This document shows, in pieces, positions 62,517 through 64,000 of a DNA stretch of 64,000 nucleotides. A model generated the notes under the pieces. It made no database searches. It had not been told where the DNA came from and was given only the letters and a program-made list of their open reading frames with translations. The first letter of the stretch is position 1, and every line of letters starts with the position of its first letter. This DNA is from Kiritimatiellia bacterium (GTDB taxonomy: Bacteria > Verrucomicrobiota > Kiritimatiellia > RFP12 > UBA1067): the NCBI GenBank assembly GCA_050949565.1, contig JBMNFY010000017.1, forward strand, positions 1,888,001 through 1,952,000, given 5' to 3'. Made by a program: the position numbers and the translations under genes.

Positions 62517-64000
62517 ATGATGATGACCTCGCGTGTAGTTCGGGCGGCTTTGTGCGGCCTGTTGTTCTCGTTGGTGTTTGGTGTGGCGGAGGGCTTTGCG
62601 GCACCGCCGTTGCGTTGGAATGGACCGGCGGGCGGGGTGTGGGACGCTGCCACGCCTAATTGGCTGGACGCAGGGGATAACGCTGTGGCGTGGATTCCCG
62701 GCGCCGAGGCGGTCTTCGAGGGCGCGGGCGGATTGATCGAGATCGCCGCCGACGTCAGTGCCACCAACCTTACCTTCACCGGCAACGGCTACACGCTGCT
62801 GGGTGCGGGACGTCTGTATGTCGAGGGTGTGCTCACGGCAGCGACCGCCACCACCAACAGCATTGTCGCCGACCTGTGCACGGCCGGCGGCCTGACGAAG
62901 AGCGGTGCGGGTGCGTTGGCGCTGGCGCGTTGCGCTGGTCTCGTGAGCGTCCAGGGCGGCAGCCTGCTGGCCGCCGGATCGCTCTTCGTAGACGCGGAGA
63001 TCGCGGTCGCCGCCGGTGCGTCGCTGATCACGCTGGGCGAGCCGGACAGCGGCGCGAATCTGATCGTTAACGGCAGCTTCGAGACACCCGCGCTGTCGAG
63101 CGGGGGCTGGAGTTACAGCGTTCCCTCCGGGTGGACCGTTGTCTATCCAAACTACGTCGGCCGACAAAACACCAAGTCTGTCGCAGGTTACAACAACCCT
63201 TGGAACGCGGCCGGTACCTCTCCCGACGGCGACCAGATGATGATTCTGCAGTATGGCGGTACCGCAGCGCAGACAGTGACGGTCCCGGCTGACGGTCTCT
63301 ACAGTATCGCCTTCTCCTATCTGATGCGCAGCGATAACAGGGAAACTCAGGTTTACCTGACGCTGGACGGCATCCCGTTCGCGACCTTCCTCAATCGGAG
63401 CCCCCAGACCGCTCCCGGGCGCTTTGTCAGCGGTGCGCTCTGGCTCACCGCGGGCAGCCACACACTGGGCATCGGCGGTGAACACGGCTGGGGCGACCGC
63501 TCGACCATGGTCGACCTCGTCTGCCTCGCCGCGCCTTCCAGCGCGCAGCCCTGCCGTGCCTTGGGCGGCGATTCGGTCCTGAAGGTCGTGGACGCTGCCA
63601 ACGTGGTCATGGAGCACACTGGGGCCACGCCGATCGCCTACGTGGCGATCAACGGCACCGCCGCCAGCGGCACGTTCAACGCTTCCCATGTCTCGGGTGT
63701 TTTTTCAGGTAGCGGCAGCCTGGCCTGCGCCACGCCCGCCAACATCTATACCTGGAGCGGCGTCGGCTCTTGGAGCGACGCGACGCATTGGGCAGATGGT
63801 GTAGCACCCGTCGCGGGTGGCGGCCGGGATCTCCTTATCCGCTTCCCCTCGGCCACCGGTGCCGCTTCCGCTAACGACCTCGCGGGCGAGTTCCTCGCGC
63901 GCGGTCTCGCGGCCTCGGGCATCGCCGCCGACGGTGTCGTCACGCTCTCGGGCGGCACCGTAGTCCTTACCAACAGTTCGAGCGGCGCGGCTCCTAAGAT
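62517..64000 (+). CDS. Large secreted protein with autotransporter-associated beta-strand repeat; 3'-truncated by window edge
   Basis: RBS AAGGAG, then MMMTSRVVRAALCGLLFSLVFGVAEGFA (signal peptide), WNG...WD...NW, GGLTKSGAGALAL, NLIVNGSFE. No stop seen before the window end. Confidence 0.75.
   Translation, partial: MMMTSRVVRAALCGLLFSLVFGVAEGFAAPPLRWNGPAGGVWDAATPNWLDAGDNAVAWIPGAEAVFEGAGGLIEIAADVSATNLTFTGNGYTLLGAGRLYVEGVLTAATATTNSIVADLCTAGGLTKSGAGALALARCAGLVSVQGGSLLAAGSLFVDAEIAVAAGASLITLGEPDSGANLIVNGSFETPALSSGGWSYSVPSGWTVVYPNYVGRQNTKSVAGYNNPWNAAGTSPDGDQMMILQYGGTAAQTVTVPADGLYSIAFSYLMRSDNRETQVYLTLDGIPFATFLNRSPQTAPGRFVSGALWLTAGSHTLGIGGEHGWGDRSTMVDLVCLAAPSSAQPCRALGGDSVLKVVDAANVVMEHTGATPIAYVAINGTAASGTFNASHVSGVFSGSGSLACATPANIYTWSGVGSWSDATHWADGVAPVAGGGRDLLIRFPSATGAASANDLAGEFLARGLAASGIAADGVVTLSGGTVVLTNSSSGAAPK

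Overview
GC-rich bacterial DNA. The gene style, the repeat families and the autotransporter-repeat protein suggest a PVC-group organism such as Kiritimatiellota or Verrucomicrobiota (inference). Several genes carry 1-bp frameshifts, as expected from an imperfectly polished long-read assembly. Layout: (1) 1-15.4 kb: rhaB (partial), a SurA-like PPIase, rsmA, a fused ketosynthase, a frameshifted NPCBM-GH2 beta-galactosidase and an lpoB/ycfL/COG3014 lipoprotein operon. (2) 15.4-38 kb: a CAZyme cluster (GHL10, SGNH, heparinase II/III-like, AraC, LamG protein, sialidase, GH127-like, NanA-like lyase, glycerate kinase) containing a 3264-bp tandem duplication that creates a nanA'-'sialidase chimera. 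(3) prfA (frameshifted at CCC-TGA) and rpmE. (4) About 39.8-60.9 kb: an island that looks like an undescribed polymorphic protease toxin-immunity system. It has a 1282-aa membrane-anchored protein with an exchangeable low-GC C-terminal metzincin domain, an orphan C-terminal cassette with a putative clan-CD Cys protease that starts at the same ~300-bp anchor, and tandem arrays of secreted paralogous immunity-like genes with conserved ends and variable cores. A 6.9-kb unit of this island is tandemly duplicated. (5) A DDE transposase IS and the start of an autotransporter-repeat protein. A ~100-bp Y-shaped palindromic REP/MITE-like element occurs 7 times. No tRNA, rRNA or CRISPR array was seen.
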